Shown in pieces: positions 22,105 to 34,528 of a stretch of 37,181 nt of DNA (positions within the stretch are counted from its first letter, which is position 1; the number at the start of each line of letters is the position of its first letter). Under the pieces are notes generated by a model that was not told the DNA's origin, did not search any database, and saw nothing but the letters and a program-made list of their open reading frames with translations. Origin of the DNA: Octopus bimaculoides (taxonomy: Eukaryota); assembly GCF_001194135.2 (NCBI RefSeq), contig NC_069010.1:3476315-3513495 (forward strand). Reading direction: 5' to 3'. The translations under genes and the position numbers were made by a program.

Positions 22105-23060
22105 AAATGGTTATAAGAAGCTGTTGGAGACTGTGATCAGTCCACGACTGGAGAGGGTTGCTGCTAGAAGGCCATATATGGTAACAGGATTTTTGTTTCC
22201 TTGACATACTTCTGGAAGGAGTCCAAAGTGGTTGTCGGAGATTTTCTATGACTTCACCAGCTAGAACTTTTTTGGTTTCCTTATTCNNNNNNNNNNNNNN
22301 NNNNNNNNNNNNNNNNNNNNNNNNNNNNNNNNNNNNNNNNNNNNNNNNNNNNNNNNNNNNNNNNNNNNNNNNNNNNNNNNNNNNNNNNNNNNNNNNNNNN
22401 NNNNNNNNNNNNNNNNNNNNNNNNNNNNNNNNNNNNNNNNNNNNNNNNNNNNNNNNNNNNNNNNNNNNNNNNNNNNNNNNNNNNNNNNNNNNNNNNNNNN
22501 NNNNNNNNNNNNNNNNNNNNNNNNNNNNNNNNNNNNNNNNNNNNNNNNNNNNNNNNNNNNTGGCTGAGCACTCCACAGACACGTGTACCCTTAACGTAGT
22601 TCTCGGGGGATATTCAGCGTGACACAGAGTGTGACAAGGCTGACCCTTTGAATTACAGGCACAACAGAAACAGGAAGTAAGAGTGAGAGAAAGTTGTGGT
22701 GGAAGAGAACAGCAGGGTTCGCCACCATCCCCTGCTGGAGCCTCGTGGAGCTTTAGGTGTTTTCGCTCAATAAACACTCACAACGCCCGGTCTGGGAATC
22801 GAAACCGCGATCCTATGACCACGAGTCCGCTGCCCTATCCACTGGGCCATTGCGCCTCCACAATGCCATGGATAACTATGTGTGCGTTGCATTTGAGAAA
22901 GACACCCAATCACTCTGTCTGCAACACCAAGGCTGAGCTGGTGGCCAAGATCAAAGAGGTATGTGAAGATATTCTCAGGGACACAGTGAGGAATGCATGC
23001 ACCAAATGTCTGAGCGGCCTTGGGGCCATGGTAGAAGCTGAGCTCATCTACTTTGATTAA
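22105..23060 (+). mobile_element. Tc1/mariner-superfamily transposase relic (C-terminal, maT-like), split by a SINE
   Basis: 22112-22280 reads YKKLLETVISPRLERVAARRPY..W*QD..P*HTSGRSPKWLSEIFYDFTS*NF; 22860-23060 reads ..MDNYV..NTKAELVAKIKEVCEDILRDTVRNACTKCLSGLGAMVEAELIYFD*. It contains stops and frameshifts. Confidence 0.75.
22561..22861 (-). mobile_element. SINE (GTGGAGGCGCAATGGCCCAG family) inserted in the transposase relic
   Basis: Reverse complement of about 8260-8560; the 3' end is lost in the 22287-22560 gap. Confidence 0.85.
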
Positions 23061-23197
23061 ACTTTTATCTCACAGCCATGATCTAGTTCATATAATTTGA
23101 CTTTTTACGATACTTTTTTTTTTTTTAGATATGATGTTTTGTTTTCTCTTCCCTTTATGCAAACTCAAATTTAGCCTGAACACCTTGTATATATATG

Positions 23198-23228
<31 letters not shown>

Positions 23229-23431
23229 ATGCATATTCATACCAATGTATATATATATATATATATATACACATACACATCTATATATGTATGTATTCAT
23301 ATATGTACATGTGTGTATATGTATGTATATATATATATATATGTATGTGTATATATATATATGCATAATATATGTATATGTATGTATGTATATATATGTA
23401 TGTGTGTATATATATATGCACATGCATAATG

Positions 23432-23494
<63 letters not shown>

Positions 23495-24114
23495 GTATGT
23501 ATATATACATATACACATACATACATATACACATACATATATATTCACATACATACAGCTATACATATACACACCCATGCTTATTTACATACTAATTATC
23601 TCAAATGTAACTTCTACTTTTTTGTATTTTAAAAATTTCTTCTGCAGTCTCCCTGTTTGTTGGTAAGTCTGTTTGTTGCTAGTATGCATACCGTCTATTT
23701 TCTAATATATACAAACACGTACATACAAGCATTACATAGCTATTACTGATGTGCACGCACACACACACACACACACATACTTGCATTTACATATATAGAT
23801 AAAGGCAGACATGCTCACACATGTAAATACATCCATCCATCCATACATACATACATACATATATACATACAATGAATGATGGAAATGGAAAAATGGATTT
23901 AGCAATTGTTTCAACACACACACACACACACACATACATCTACAAATATATGGCATGCTCTGTGCAATCAATAAGAAGTTCGCTTCCAAACCACATCGTT
24001 TGGGTTCAATCCCACTGTGTGGCACCTTCAGCAGGTGTCTTCTGCTATAGACTCAGGACAACCAAAGCCTTGTGAGTGCATTTAGTTGAGGGAAATGCAT
24101 GTGTATATGTGTGC

Positions 24115-24156
<42 letters not shown>

Positions 24157-25488
24157 TTAGTGGTCATCTCCCTTGTATGTATGTAATATAATTTTTCTGA
24201 ATCTTCAGATTTTTCAATATGCTAGCTAGGCCACTGGTTTTAAATTGCTATTAATCAAATTAATATTCAATATCTCACCCTTATTATTTAAATTNNNNNN
24301 NNNNNNNNNNNNNNNNNNNNNNNNNNNNNNNNNNNNNNNNNNNNNNNNNNNNNNNNNNNNNNNNNNNNNNNNNNNNNNNNNNNNNNNNNNNNNNNNNNNN
24401 NNNNNNNNNNNNNNNNNNNNNNNNNNNNNNNNNNNNNNNNNNNNNNNNNNNNNNNNNNNNNNNNNNNNNNNNNNNNNNNNNNNNNNNNNNNNNNNNNNNN
24501 NNNNNNNNNNNNNNNNNNNNNNNNNNNNNNNNNNNNNNNNNNNNNNNNNNNNNNNNNNNNNNNNNNNNNNNNNNNNNNNNNNNNNNNNNNNNNNNNNNNN
24601 NNNNNNNNNNNNNNNNNNNNNNNNNNNNNNNNNNNNNNNNNNNNNNNNNNNNNNNNNNNNNNNNNNNNNNNNNNNNNNNNNNNNNNNNNNNNNNNNNNNN
24701 NNNNNNNNNNNNNNNNNNNNNNNNNNNNNNNNNNNNNNNNNNNNNNNNNNNNNNNNNNNNNNNNNNNNNNNNNNNNNNNNNNNNNNNNNNNNNNNNNNNN
24801 NNNNNNNNNNNNNNNNNNNNNNNNNNNNNNNNNNNNNNNNNNNNNNNNNNNNNNNNNNNNNNNNNNNNNNNNNNNNNNNNNNNNNNNNNNNNNNNNNNNN
24901 NNNNNNNNNNNNNNNNNNNNNNNNNNNNNNNNNNNNNNNNNNNNNNNNNNNNNNNNNNNNNNNNNNNNNNNNNNNNNNNNNNNNNNNNNNNNNNNNNNNN
25001 NNNNNNNNNNNNNNNNNNNNNNNNNNNNNNNNNNNNNNNNNNNCTTCCGTTCATCCTTAGATTATTGTCACATATGCTGTAGTAGCATTTACACCACTCT
25101 AAACATCAGCTGACAACATCAGGGATTAGTTCTCAAAAGTTCTTCCAGCTGTACTTGTGCATGTGTCTATGTATACATATATATGCACACACATACACAC
25201 ATATATATACATATACACTCATATGTATGTGTACATGTTTTTGTGCTTGTTTGTCCCGTCCCCCCCCCCACCACCACTGGTGTTTGTTTACTTCCTGTAA
25301 CTTAGTTTGTTTACTTCCCGTAACTTTCTCTGTCATGGCCGATGCGATGATCACACGCTACACACCTTCCTTCCAAGCACTGCTGTAAACAGTGGAAGTG
25401 GGCTAGAATGTTAGAACTTAGTGCACATGCACAGCAGAGTTCGAGGTCAGTGTGTGCCAATCGGCTTCACTCTGCGTGCTTTAGTTTC

Positions 25489-25502
25489 GTTACTATGGCA
25501 AC
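25489..25502. promoter_or_regulatory. Perfect RFX X-box (GTTACTATGGCAAC) with nearby CCAAT
   Basis: Matches GTTRCYATRGYAAC at all 14 positions; CCAATC at about 25457; lies in a non-repetitive, CpG-containing stretch. Confidence 0.5.
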
Positions 25503-25554
25503 AGTCCGGATACATATTGATCAGACCACGTATATATATATATATATAGATATA

Positions 25555-25711
25555 TACACGTGTATAAGGGATGACCACTAGGTGGACATCAAATTTGCTA
25601 GAAAGAGGTCATCGACGACCCAACCATACTTCTACTTTAGCCATGGGTTGTTGATGACCTTTTTCTAGCATATTGGATGTCCACCTAGTGGTCATCCCTT
25701 ATACACGTGTA
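25555..25711. repeat. Hairpin/MITE: 68-bp inverted arms, 21-bp loop, TA flanks
   Basis: 25555-25622 vs 25644-25711, 63/68 complementary; TA|CACGTG...CACGTG|TA ends. Related partial sequences at about 1635-1670 and 24155-24290. Confidence 0.85.
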
Positions 25712-25799
25712 ATACATTTTTTTCTGAATTTTCAGATTTTTTATATGCTAGGCCACTTGGGTCTTAAATTGAATTAATATTCAATTTATCACCCTATCT

Positions 25800-25935
<136 letters not shown>

Positions 25936-26405
25936 ATTCACACACACATCATATATATAAGTGCATACATATGAAGATTTTGACTTTAGACTTATAGTTG
26001 CAATTACTGGCAGGAATTCTATCGGGAACTAACTGACCCAACCCCGTTATGGAGTAATTAGGCTTAACAAAATCAAAATGGACAGAGTTAATTAGTGGAA
26101 TTATGGCTACGAATCATTAGATGCACTCATTAAAGACACACATAAATGTATGTCATTAACGACACTTTAATCATTCTGAAAGTTTAGCCTGTAATAAGTA
26201 TATATACACGTTGATTAAAGATTAAAGCATATTCACTGTTTCGGCCACTTGATGTCATCCACAGTAATGATATAATTTTCACTGGATCTACGTCAGGAAA
26301 TCCACAGGCGCAGGAGTGGCTGTGTGGTAAGTAGTTTGTTTACCAACCACATGTCATTCATGTTAAGGAAGTCTGGAGGATATCTCACTGGTTCACCAGG
26401 AAACA

Positions 26406-26960
26406 GAAATACCAGCAGATGTTAATATAAAGCTGAAGATCAGGGAAAAAGATAATAGCTACGCTGAACTATTGAGAAATCTGCAGTTACTGTACCCAGA
26501 TTACAAGTTCAGGTTTATACCTGTAATTATTGGGGCCCTGGGATATGTAACGCATTGCCTAAATACTAATCTTGAGAAATTAGGCTTCTCAAAACCAGAA
26601 AGGAGGAAGTTAATTCGAAGACTACAGATCCAATCCATCACTGGAAATATAAAAATCTGTAAAACTTTCCAGAAGTTTATCACTTAAGTGTATATGAGAA
26701 TGTTTAGATTTGCAGCTATATGCAGGAGAATATATACATGAAGCAAAACATACAAATCTGCACATATACATACATACATACATGCATGTATACAAAAATA
26801 TCCTGTTGTTGGATGTTGAAATTCCAATGAAGAAGCCTTGGATCTAGGTTAGAAACCGGTTCTGTCTCTATTGGCAAGAAATCTTGAAATAAATCTAAAC
26901 AATGATATACATACATATACATACATACATACATGCATACATACAAACATACCTAGCTAT
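26406..26960 (+). mobile_element. 5'-truncated REL-endonuclease LINE 3' end with (TACA)n tracts
   Basis: Frame 26406-26687 reads EIPADVNIKLKIREKDNSYAELLRNLQLLYPDYKFRFIPVIIGALGYV...KICKTFQKFIT*; the K..Y and P.IIGALG motifs are typical of RLE LINEs. Confidence 0.8.
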
Positions 26961-28742
26961 GTACATATGTACACTACAACTGTAACCTCCACCCTCCACC
27001 ACCATCACCACCACCACCACCACCATCACCACCACCNNNNNNNNNNNNNNNNNNNNNNNNNNNNNNNNNNNNNNNNNNNNNNNNNNNNNNNNNNNNNNNN
27101 NNNNNNNNNNNNNNNNNNNNNNNNNNNNNNNNNNNNNNNNNNNNNNNNNNNNNNNNNNNNNNNNNNNNNNNNNNNNNNNNNNNNNNNNNNNNNNNNNNNN
27201 NNNNNNNNNNNNNNNNNNNNNNNNNNNNNNNNNNNNNNNNNNNNNNNNNNNNNNNNNNNNNNNNNNNNNNNNNNNNNNNNNNNNNNNNNNNNNNNNNNNN
27301 NNNNNNNNNNNNNNNNNNNNNNNNNNNNNNNNNNNNNNNNNNNNNNNNNNNNNNNNNNNNNNNNNNNNNNNNNNNNNNNNNNNNNNNNNNNNNNNNNNNN
27401 NNNNNNNNNNNNNNNNNNNNNNNNNNNNNNNNNNNNNNNNNNNNNNNNNNNNNNNNNNNNNNNNNNNNNNNNNNNNNNNNNNNNNNNNNNNNNNNNNNNN
27501 NNNNNNNNNNNNNNNNNNNNNNNNNNNNNNNNNNNNNNNNNNNNNNNNNNNNNNNNNNNNNNNNNNNNNNNNNNNNNNNNNNNNNNNNNNNNNNNNNNNN
27601 NNNNNNNNNNNNNNNNNNNNNNNNNNNNNNNNNNNNNNNNNNNNNNNNNNNNNNNNNNNNNNNNNNNNNNNNNNNNNNNNNNNNNNNNNNNNNNNNNNNN
27701 NNNNNNNNNNNNNNNNNNNNNNNNNNNNNNNNNNNNNNNNNNNNNNNNNNNNNNNNNNNNNNNNNNNNNNNNNNNNNNNNNNNNNNNNNNNNNNNNNNNN
27801 NTATATATATATTTCACATTTAATACAGACTTTTGCATCTATTTTATCCTTATATTATATATTTGAAATTTTATATATTTATGCACATCTTTTAAACATA
27901 CATACATATCTTGCTTTATTCATCTTTGTAATATGTGTGTGTGTGTGTGTGTAAAAACAGGAGATTGGAAAAAAAAATTGTTGGTATTATTCATTTACCA
28001 TTACATATGTTTCATTTGCCAATCGGAGTTACCAAATTGTAGACGTAGTAGAAAACATGTACAATTTTGTGACTCCTATTAGCAAAGGAAACATTTAATG
28101 GTGAATAAATAATACCAAAATGTTTTCAATCTTCTGTTTTGATATATAACCACTCTGCAAAAAATATTTTCCAGTATTTTCAACTCTTATGCATGTCTTA
28201 CACAAATATAACATCTACCTATGGATTTTGAATCATGGAATAAGCCTATATGCTTCAAGAAGACAATACTTGCATTTTAATCTTATCTACATTATATATA
28301 AATATTCTGTTATTCTATCATTGGTTACAGCTATTCAGGTGTGGCTATGCTGGAGCACTACCACACTAATTCACATATTACATTGATATTTTTATAACCA
28401 TGTTATTTCAGATACATATGCAACTCTACACATCCAGGAATAGGACACCTGGTGACTATTACAGATCAAACCGATCGAAATTGTATATGTTTCAATTAAT
28501 TTTGAAAGCAATCAAAAACTTTGTAAGATGTAATATAGTATCTAATTACTAATTTTTATTCACTATTAAGCAAGTGATTTGATAAAACAAAACAAGAAAA
28601 TGTAACTCATTCAGAATTTCTTAGACAAAAGTTAGACAATGGAAATTTTAAACAAGGTGTATTTCCACATTGAAATAAACCCTTTTAATACCAACCCACC
28701 TCACAGTGCCCCTGGTTCTATGATGTAAACTATTAGTTTTAA

Positions 28743-29015
28743 CCCATAAACTGCGATAGGCCACCTCAGTGGCCAACGCGACAGTGCGACAGGCCACATG
28801 CATGGCCATGGAAGTAGGGCATGATCTGACCTAATTTTGATGACATATAATGTATGCACACGATACCGTTTCACCGCAGAAACAGTGTAGCCAATCACAG
28901 AAGGTGTTAAGAAACACTGAGTATTTTTTTTCGAGTGATAGATCGATGTTGACCTTTACCCAAAATAGGCTCAGCAGTTCGTGTTACATACAGCAAAATC
29001 CCAGCAGTTTATGGG
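28743..29015. mobile_element. piggyBac-type MITE (273 bp)
   Basis: TTAA|CCCATAAACTGC ... GCAGTTTATGGG|TCAA: 12-bp TIR starting CCC, with TTAA/TCAA flanks. Confidence 0.72.
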
Positions 29016-29189
29016 TCAAATTGATCTAAATAAAAATCTTCCATCAAAATTTTATCTTAATTCATGTTCCAACACCAGTTTAATGATGACAAAGTTATTT
29101 TACTAAATTCTTCAATATTTACGAAATTAATTGAAACGAAGGAAGTGTACGTCAACAGAAATATGGTAAGAGAATGCTTAATGATACAC

Positions 29190-29619
29190 TTTTACTCTTT
29201 TACTTGTTTCAGTCATTTGACTGCGGCCATGCTGGAGCACCGCCTTTAGTCGAGCTAATCGACCCCAGGACTTATTCTTTGTAAGCCTGGTACTTATTCT
29301 ATCGGTCTCTTTTGCCGAACCACTAAGTTACGGAGACGTAAACACACCACCATCGGTTGTCAAGTGATGGCGGGGGGGAAAAACACAGACACACAAACAT
29401 ATATACACACACATACATATACATATATACATATATATATATATATACATATATATGACGGGCTTCTTTCAGTTTCCGTCTACCAAATCCACTCACAAGG
29501 ATTTGGTCGGCCCGAGGCTATAGTAGAAGACACTTGCCCAAGGTGCCACGCAGTGGGACTGAACCCGGAACCATGTGGTTGGTAAGCAAGCTACTTACCA
29601 CACAGCCACTCCTGCGCCT
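29190..29619 (-). mobile_element. Full-length composite SINE with internal microsatellite
   Basis: Same family as 12573-12991; it interrupts a ~95-bp repeated module (gacaaagttattttactaaattc...cagaaatatggtaag occurs on both sides). Confidence 0.88.
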
Positions 29620-30969
29620 GATGTCAAAGTTATTTTACTAAATTCCTCATTACTTACTTAATTGCAACAAAGACTGTGTATATATGAACAGAAATATGGT
29701 AAGGAAAGGTTTAATAATGACAAAGTTAATTTACTAAATTTTTCATTCCATCCAATCTACGCTATAATTTATGCATCTATGAGAATTTGAAATCTTTAGC
29801 TCAGACAATTAATTCCAGACATCTTTGTCAGAACTGACAACGAAATCAAAACACACCCCGCTAGTCTTTTTTTTTTTTTCAGTCACAGCTGGTCGAACTA
29901 GTAATAAACAACAAAGTTTCTTACCTTTTGTAGTTTGTTGCTATGGATTCATCCATTGGTATAATATCCCATGCTGTGTGCACTTTCTAATCGGATTTTC
30001 AGTGCTCAGTGCAACACTGTGGTGTTCAAGAACTGACCATCACAGATTCTATGCCATAGAAACAAAAGCAATATCAGGGTCAGTAGTGGGAATTTGTGAA
30101 GACGGCAAGGTGCCATATTCTATGAATAAAAGACTAGAATTCTTCGAGGCAGTACCTCAGCAGAGTTGTTGTCTAATGACTGAAACAGCTAAATGGTAAT
30201 ATACATATNNNNNNNNNNNNNNNNNNNNNNNNNNNNNNNNNNNNNNNNNNNNNNNNNNNNNNNNNNNNNNNNNNNNNNNNNNNNNNNNNNNNNNNNNNNN
30301 NNNNNNNNNNNNNNNNNNNNNNNNNNNNNNNNNNNNNNNNNNNNNNNNNNNNNNNNNNNNNNNNNNNNNNNNNNNNNNNNNNNNNNNNNNNNNNNNNNNN
30401 NNNNNNNNNNNNNNNNNNNNNNNNNNNNNNNNNNNNNNNNNNNNNNNNNNNNNNNNNNNNNNNNNNNNNNNNNNNNNNNNNNNNNNNNNNNNNNNNNNNN
30501 NNNNNNNNNNNNNNNNNNNNNNNNNNNNNNNNNNNNNNNNNNNNNNNNNNNNNNNNNNNNNNNNNNNNNNNNNNNNNNNNNNNNNNNNNNNNNNNNNNNN
30601 NNNNNNNNNNNNNNNNNNNNNNNNNNNNNNNNNNNNNNNNNNNNNNNNNNNNNNNNNNNNNNNNNNNNNNNNNNNNNNNNNNNNNNNNNNNNNNNNNNNN
30701 NNNNNNNNNNNNNNNNNNNNNNNNNNNNNNNNNNNNNNNNNNNNNNNNNNNNNNNNNNNNNNNNNNNNNNNNNNNNNNNNNNNNNNNNNNNNNNNNNNNN
30801 NNNNNNNNNNNNNNNNNNNNNNNNNNNNNNNNNNNNNNNNNNNNNNNNNNNNNNNNNNNNNNNNNNNNNNNNNNNNNNNNNNNNNNNNNNNNNNNNNNNN
30901 NNNNNNNNNNNNNNNNNNNNNNNNNNNNNNNNNNNNNNNNNNNNNNNNNNNNNNNNNNNNNNNNNNNNN

Positions 30970-31153
30970 ATATATATATATATATATACGACGGGCTTCT
31001 TTCAGTTTCCATCTACCAAATCCACTCACAAGGCTTTGGTCGGCCTGAGGCTATAGTAGAAGACACTTGCCCAAGGTGCCAGGCAGTGGGACTGAACCCA
31101 GAACCATGTGGTTGGTAAGCAAGCTACTTACCACACAGCCACTCCCGCGCCTA
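30970..31153 (-). mobile_element. 5' half of composite SINE, broken by the gap at its internal TA tract
   Basis: Head and core match 29460-29619. Similar half copies at about 11900-12068 and 35890-36045. Confidence 0.85.
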
Positions 31154-31819
31154 TGTATATATATATTCTTTTATTCTTTTGCTTTAGTCATTTGGTATCT
31201 GGAGTGTCATATTATTCAGAGCATACCCTCTATTTTCTTGAAATATATTTAATATTGCTTCCTGTACAATGAGGGTCTGAGAGATTGTCTGGCATTAATT
31301 GATTTATTACCACCAACTAGAATACAGTTGACATTCCCAACTGGTTTGATTCTAAATGGTTGAAGACTACATGCTGCATAAAATCTTCTAAATATAAATA
31401 ACTACGTCACCATTCTTTTATCTTGACCACCACTATTTTTCCTCTGTTATTATTCTCTAAATTATAATCGGTTTAATAAGATATGAATAATTTCCTAAAC
31501 ACTTTCTGCCACGGATATAACATAAGGAAACAATATAATTATTGATGTGAATTTGTTAAAAATGGCTTATCCTTTATGTTTGAAATCTATACGGTCATCT
31601 GGATCTGAAGAGAGTGGTCTCTTTCAAGTTGATGTAATGTTTTCACTAATTAATTAAACGGAGCTGCTTGAAACGGCCGTAATGTATTGACACCTGTACA
31701 TCCTTGTTACTTATTTACATTTGGTTCGCCTAACTTGGAGCTGTGCAGACTATACTGAACTGACAAGGTGCCTCAATTTAAGTGCCTAGTTCAACTGAAT
31801 CTTAATTATATTTCATATA

Positions 31820-32226
31820 TACTCTTTTACTTGTTTCAGTCATTTGACTGCGGCCATGCTGGAGCACCGCCTTTAGTCGAGCAAATCGACCCCAGGATTT
31901 ATTCTTTGGAAGCCTAGTACTTATTCTATCGGTCTCTTTTTGCCGAACTGCTAAGTTACGGGGACGTAAACACACCAGCACTGGTTGTCAAGCGCTGCTG
32001 GGGGGACAAACACAGACACACAAACATATACATACACACACATATATATATACACATATATACGACGGGCTTCTTTCAGTTTCCATCTACCAAATCCACT
32101 CACAAGGCTTTGGTCGGCCCGAAGCTATAGTAGACGACACTTGCCCAAGGTGCCACGCAGTGGGACTGAACCCAGAACCATGTGGTTGGTAGGCAAGCTC
32201 CTTACCACACAGCCACTCCCGCGCCT
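31820..32226 (-). mobile_element. Full-length composite SINE with internal microsatellite
   Basis: Same family as 12573-12991 and 29190-29619. Confidence 0.88.
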
Positions 32227-32229
32227 ATC

Positions 32230-32670
32230 TATGACTGTATTATCTAATGTGCCTTTCCTTGTTTAGTTTCAAGTCAGTGCGGATCTAGCAGACCTACGAT
32301 AGAAGATGTTCCAGCTATGACCATCCTGTCTTTTATTCAGGCTTAGTGCATCTAGGACTACATTATCTAATGTATCTTTTCTTGTAGCCATTGTCGTTTA
32401 GTCCCAGCACGGTACAGATTCAGCAGACTTATAATCAAAAGTTTTTCAGCAATGACCATCCTGTCTTTTATTCAGACATAGTGTATCTAGGACTACATTA
32501 TCTAATGTGTCCTCTGTAGCACTTTTTGTTTCGCCCAAGGTCAGCCCTGTTGGGGCTGGTCCAGTAGATCTATGTCCAAAGGTGCTCCAGCTATGACCAT
32601 CCTGTCTTTCATTCAGACACAGTGTACCTAGAACTACATAATCCAATGTGTCCTTTCCTAGTTTGAGACA
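32230..32670 (-). repeat. Short diverged tandem array (~135-141 bp units) of the same family as 18975-20780, inverted
   Basis: The reverse complement reads attagataatgtagtcctagatacactatgtctgaataaaagacaggatggtcat..., matching the diverged units at 19000-19600; markers at about 32352, 32487 and 32628. Confidence 0.82.
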
Positions 32671-33040
32671 GTATAGTTATATCACTTGAGTGAAATTTGG
32701 CTACTATTTCTAGCAGTCGAGTGTGGCCACTTGGAGGTCTTTTTTGTCAGCTGTAGTATCAATTAGAATGATATGGCTTAAAGTCAATCAGGAGCTGTTT
32801 TAGTCTCCATGGCTACTGTAGTCACACTTGATCATCATTAATCACTCATATCCTTCTCTTACACACGCACACACACACACACACACCTCTCTCTCTACAT
32901 TACTATCTCTCTCACTCTCTCCTCTCTCTCTCTCTCTGTTTCTATCTCTGTCTTCAACTTCCTTCTGACTCTTTGTCTTTCTCTCTCTCTCTCTCTCATG
33001 TCACACTGTTTCTCTTTATATTCATCTAAATGATCATAGG

Positions 33041-33081
<41 letters not shown>

Positions 33082-34177
33082 NNNNNNNNNNNNNNNNNNN
33101 NNNNNNNNNNNNNNNNNNNNNNNNNNNNNNNNNNNNNNNNNNNNNNNNNNNNNNNNNNNNNNNNNNNNNNNNNNNNNNNNNNNNNNNNNNNNNNNNNNNN
33201 NNNNNNNNNNNNNNNNNNNNNNNNNNNNNNNNNNNNNNNNNNNNNNNNNNNNNNNNNNNNNNNNNNNNNNNNNNNNNNNNNNNNNNNNNNNNNNNNNNNN
33301 NNNNNNNNNNNNNNNNNNNNNNNNNNNNNNNNNNNNNNNNNNNNNNNNNNNNNNNNNNNNNNNNNNNNNNNNNNNNNNNNNNNNNNNNNNNNNNNNNNNN
33401 NNNNNNNNNNNNNNNNNNNNNNNNNNNNNNNNNNNNNNNNNNNNNNNNNNNNNNNNNNNNNNNNNNNNNNNNNNNNNNNNNNNNNNNNNNNNNNNNNNNN
33501 NNNNNNNNNNNNNNNNNNNNNNNNNNNNNNNNNNNNNNNNNNNNNNNNNNNNNNNNNNNNNNNNNNNNNNNNNNNNNNNNNNNNNNNNNNNNNNNNNTAA
33601 TGTACTGTTCTGTGATGGTAAGACCAACAAAAAAAGTATTGGATCTGGTGAGAGATAAATATTATTTAACAGACACAATACTCGTTTTTATGTGCTACTA
33701 ATAGTGTCATATGTACATGTGAGAAAAACAACAGATGAAGACAGGTGGTGTAGAAAACAAATAGATGTATTAGTATAATGCTTGGAAATTGAAAAAGTCT
33801 TTAATGTTTCGAGCCTACGCTCTTCCACAGAAAGGAACACAGAAAGAAACAAGGAGAGAAACAAGCAGAGAAAAAAAAAATGTGTGTAGTGGTTAGCAAT
33901 GATAGGCTTCCTCCAGTTTCTACTTACTAAATTCACTCACAAGGCTTTGTTTGCCCCAGGGCTATAGTAAAAAGAAACCTGCGAAAGGTGTCACACAATG
34001 GGATTGAACCTTGAACCATATGGTTTGGAAGCAAATTCCTTACCAAATTGCCATGCCTGCACACACACACGCATGCACATGCTCACATACACGCACATAT
34101 ATGCATGTGCATACACACACACACATATAAGGAGAAAGAAATCTAGACTCCTGCAAATAGTTAGAGAGGTAGGTGGT

Positions 34178-34247
<70 letters not shown>

Positions 34248-34248
<1 letters not shown>

Positions 34249-34478
34249 GCGGCGAGCTGGCAGAAACATTAGCACGCCGGGCAAAGTGCTTAGCGGTATT
34301 TCGTCTGCCGTTATGTTCTGAGTTCAAATTCCACTGAGGTCGACTTTGCCTTTCATCCTCTCGGTGTCAATAAATTAAGTACCAGTTACGCACTGGGGTT
34401 CGATGTAATCGACTTAATCCCTTCGTCTGTCCTTGTTTGTCCCCTCTATGTTTAGCCCCTTGTGGGCAATAAAGAAAT

Positions 34479-34480
<2 letters not shown>
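34248..34480 (+). mobile_element. Full-length SINE (GGCGGCGAGC family) embedded in (GATA)n
   Basis: Closely similar to 10624-10860; (GATA)n on both sides. Confidence 0.88.

Positions 34481-34528
<48 letters not shown>

Noticed and set aside
26225-26275. Minus-strand ctgtgga...ggccgaaac resembling a Penelope-type hammerhead
   Set aside because: The core is mutated and there is no stem III/cleavage triplet.
26840-26880. Minus-strand peptide DFLPIETE resembling the missing SVOP LPIETKG motif
   Set aside because: Wrong strand, no upstream transmembrane helix, and it lies in the 3' region of a LINE relic; treated as coincidence.
28412-28481. Possible plus-strand exon after ttatttcag
   Set aside because: Weak donor, unrecognised peptides in all frames, and no supporting neighbours.
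31604-31685. CTGAAGA followed later by GAAACGGCCGTA
   Set aside because: The two halves are about 60 nt apart with no consistent stem I or II; not a credible ribozyme.
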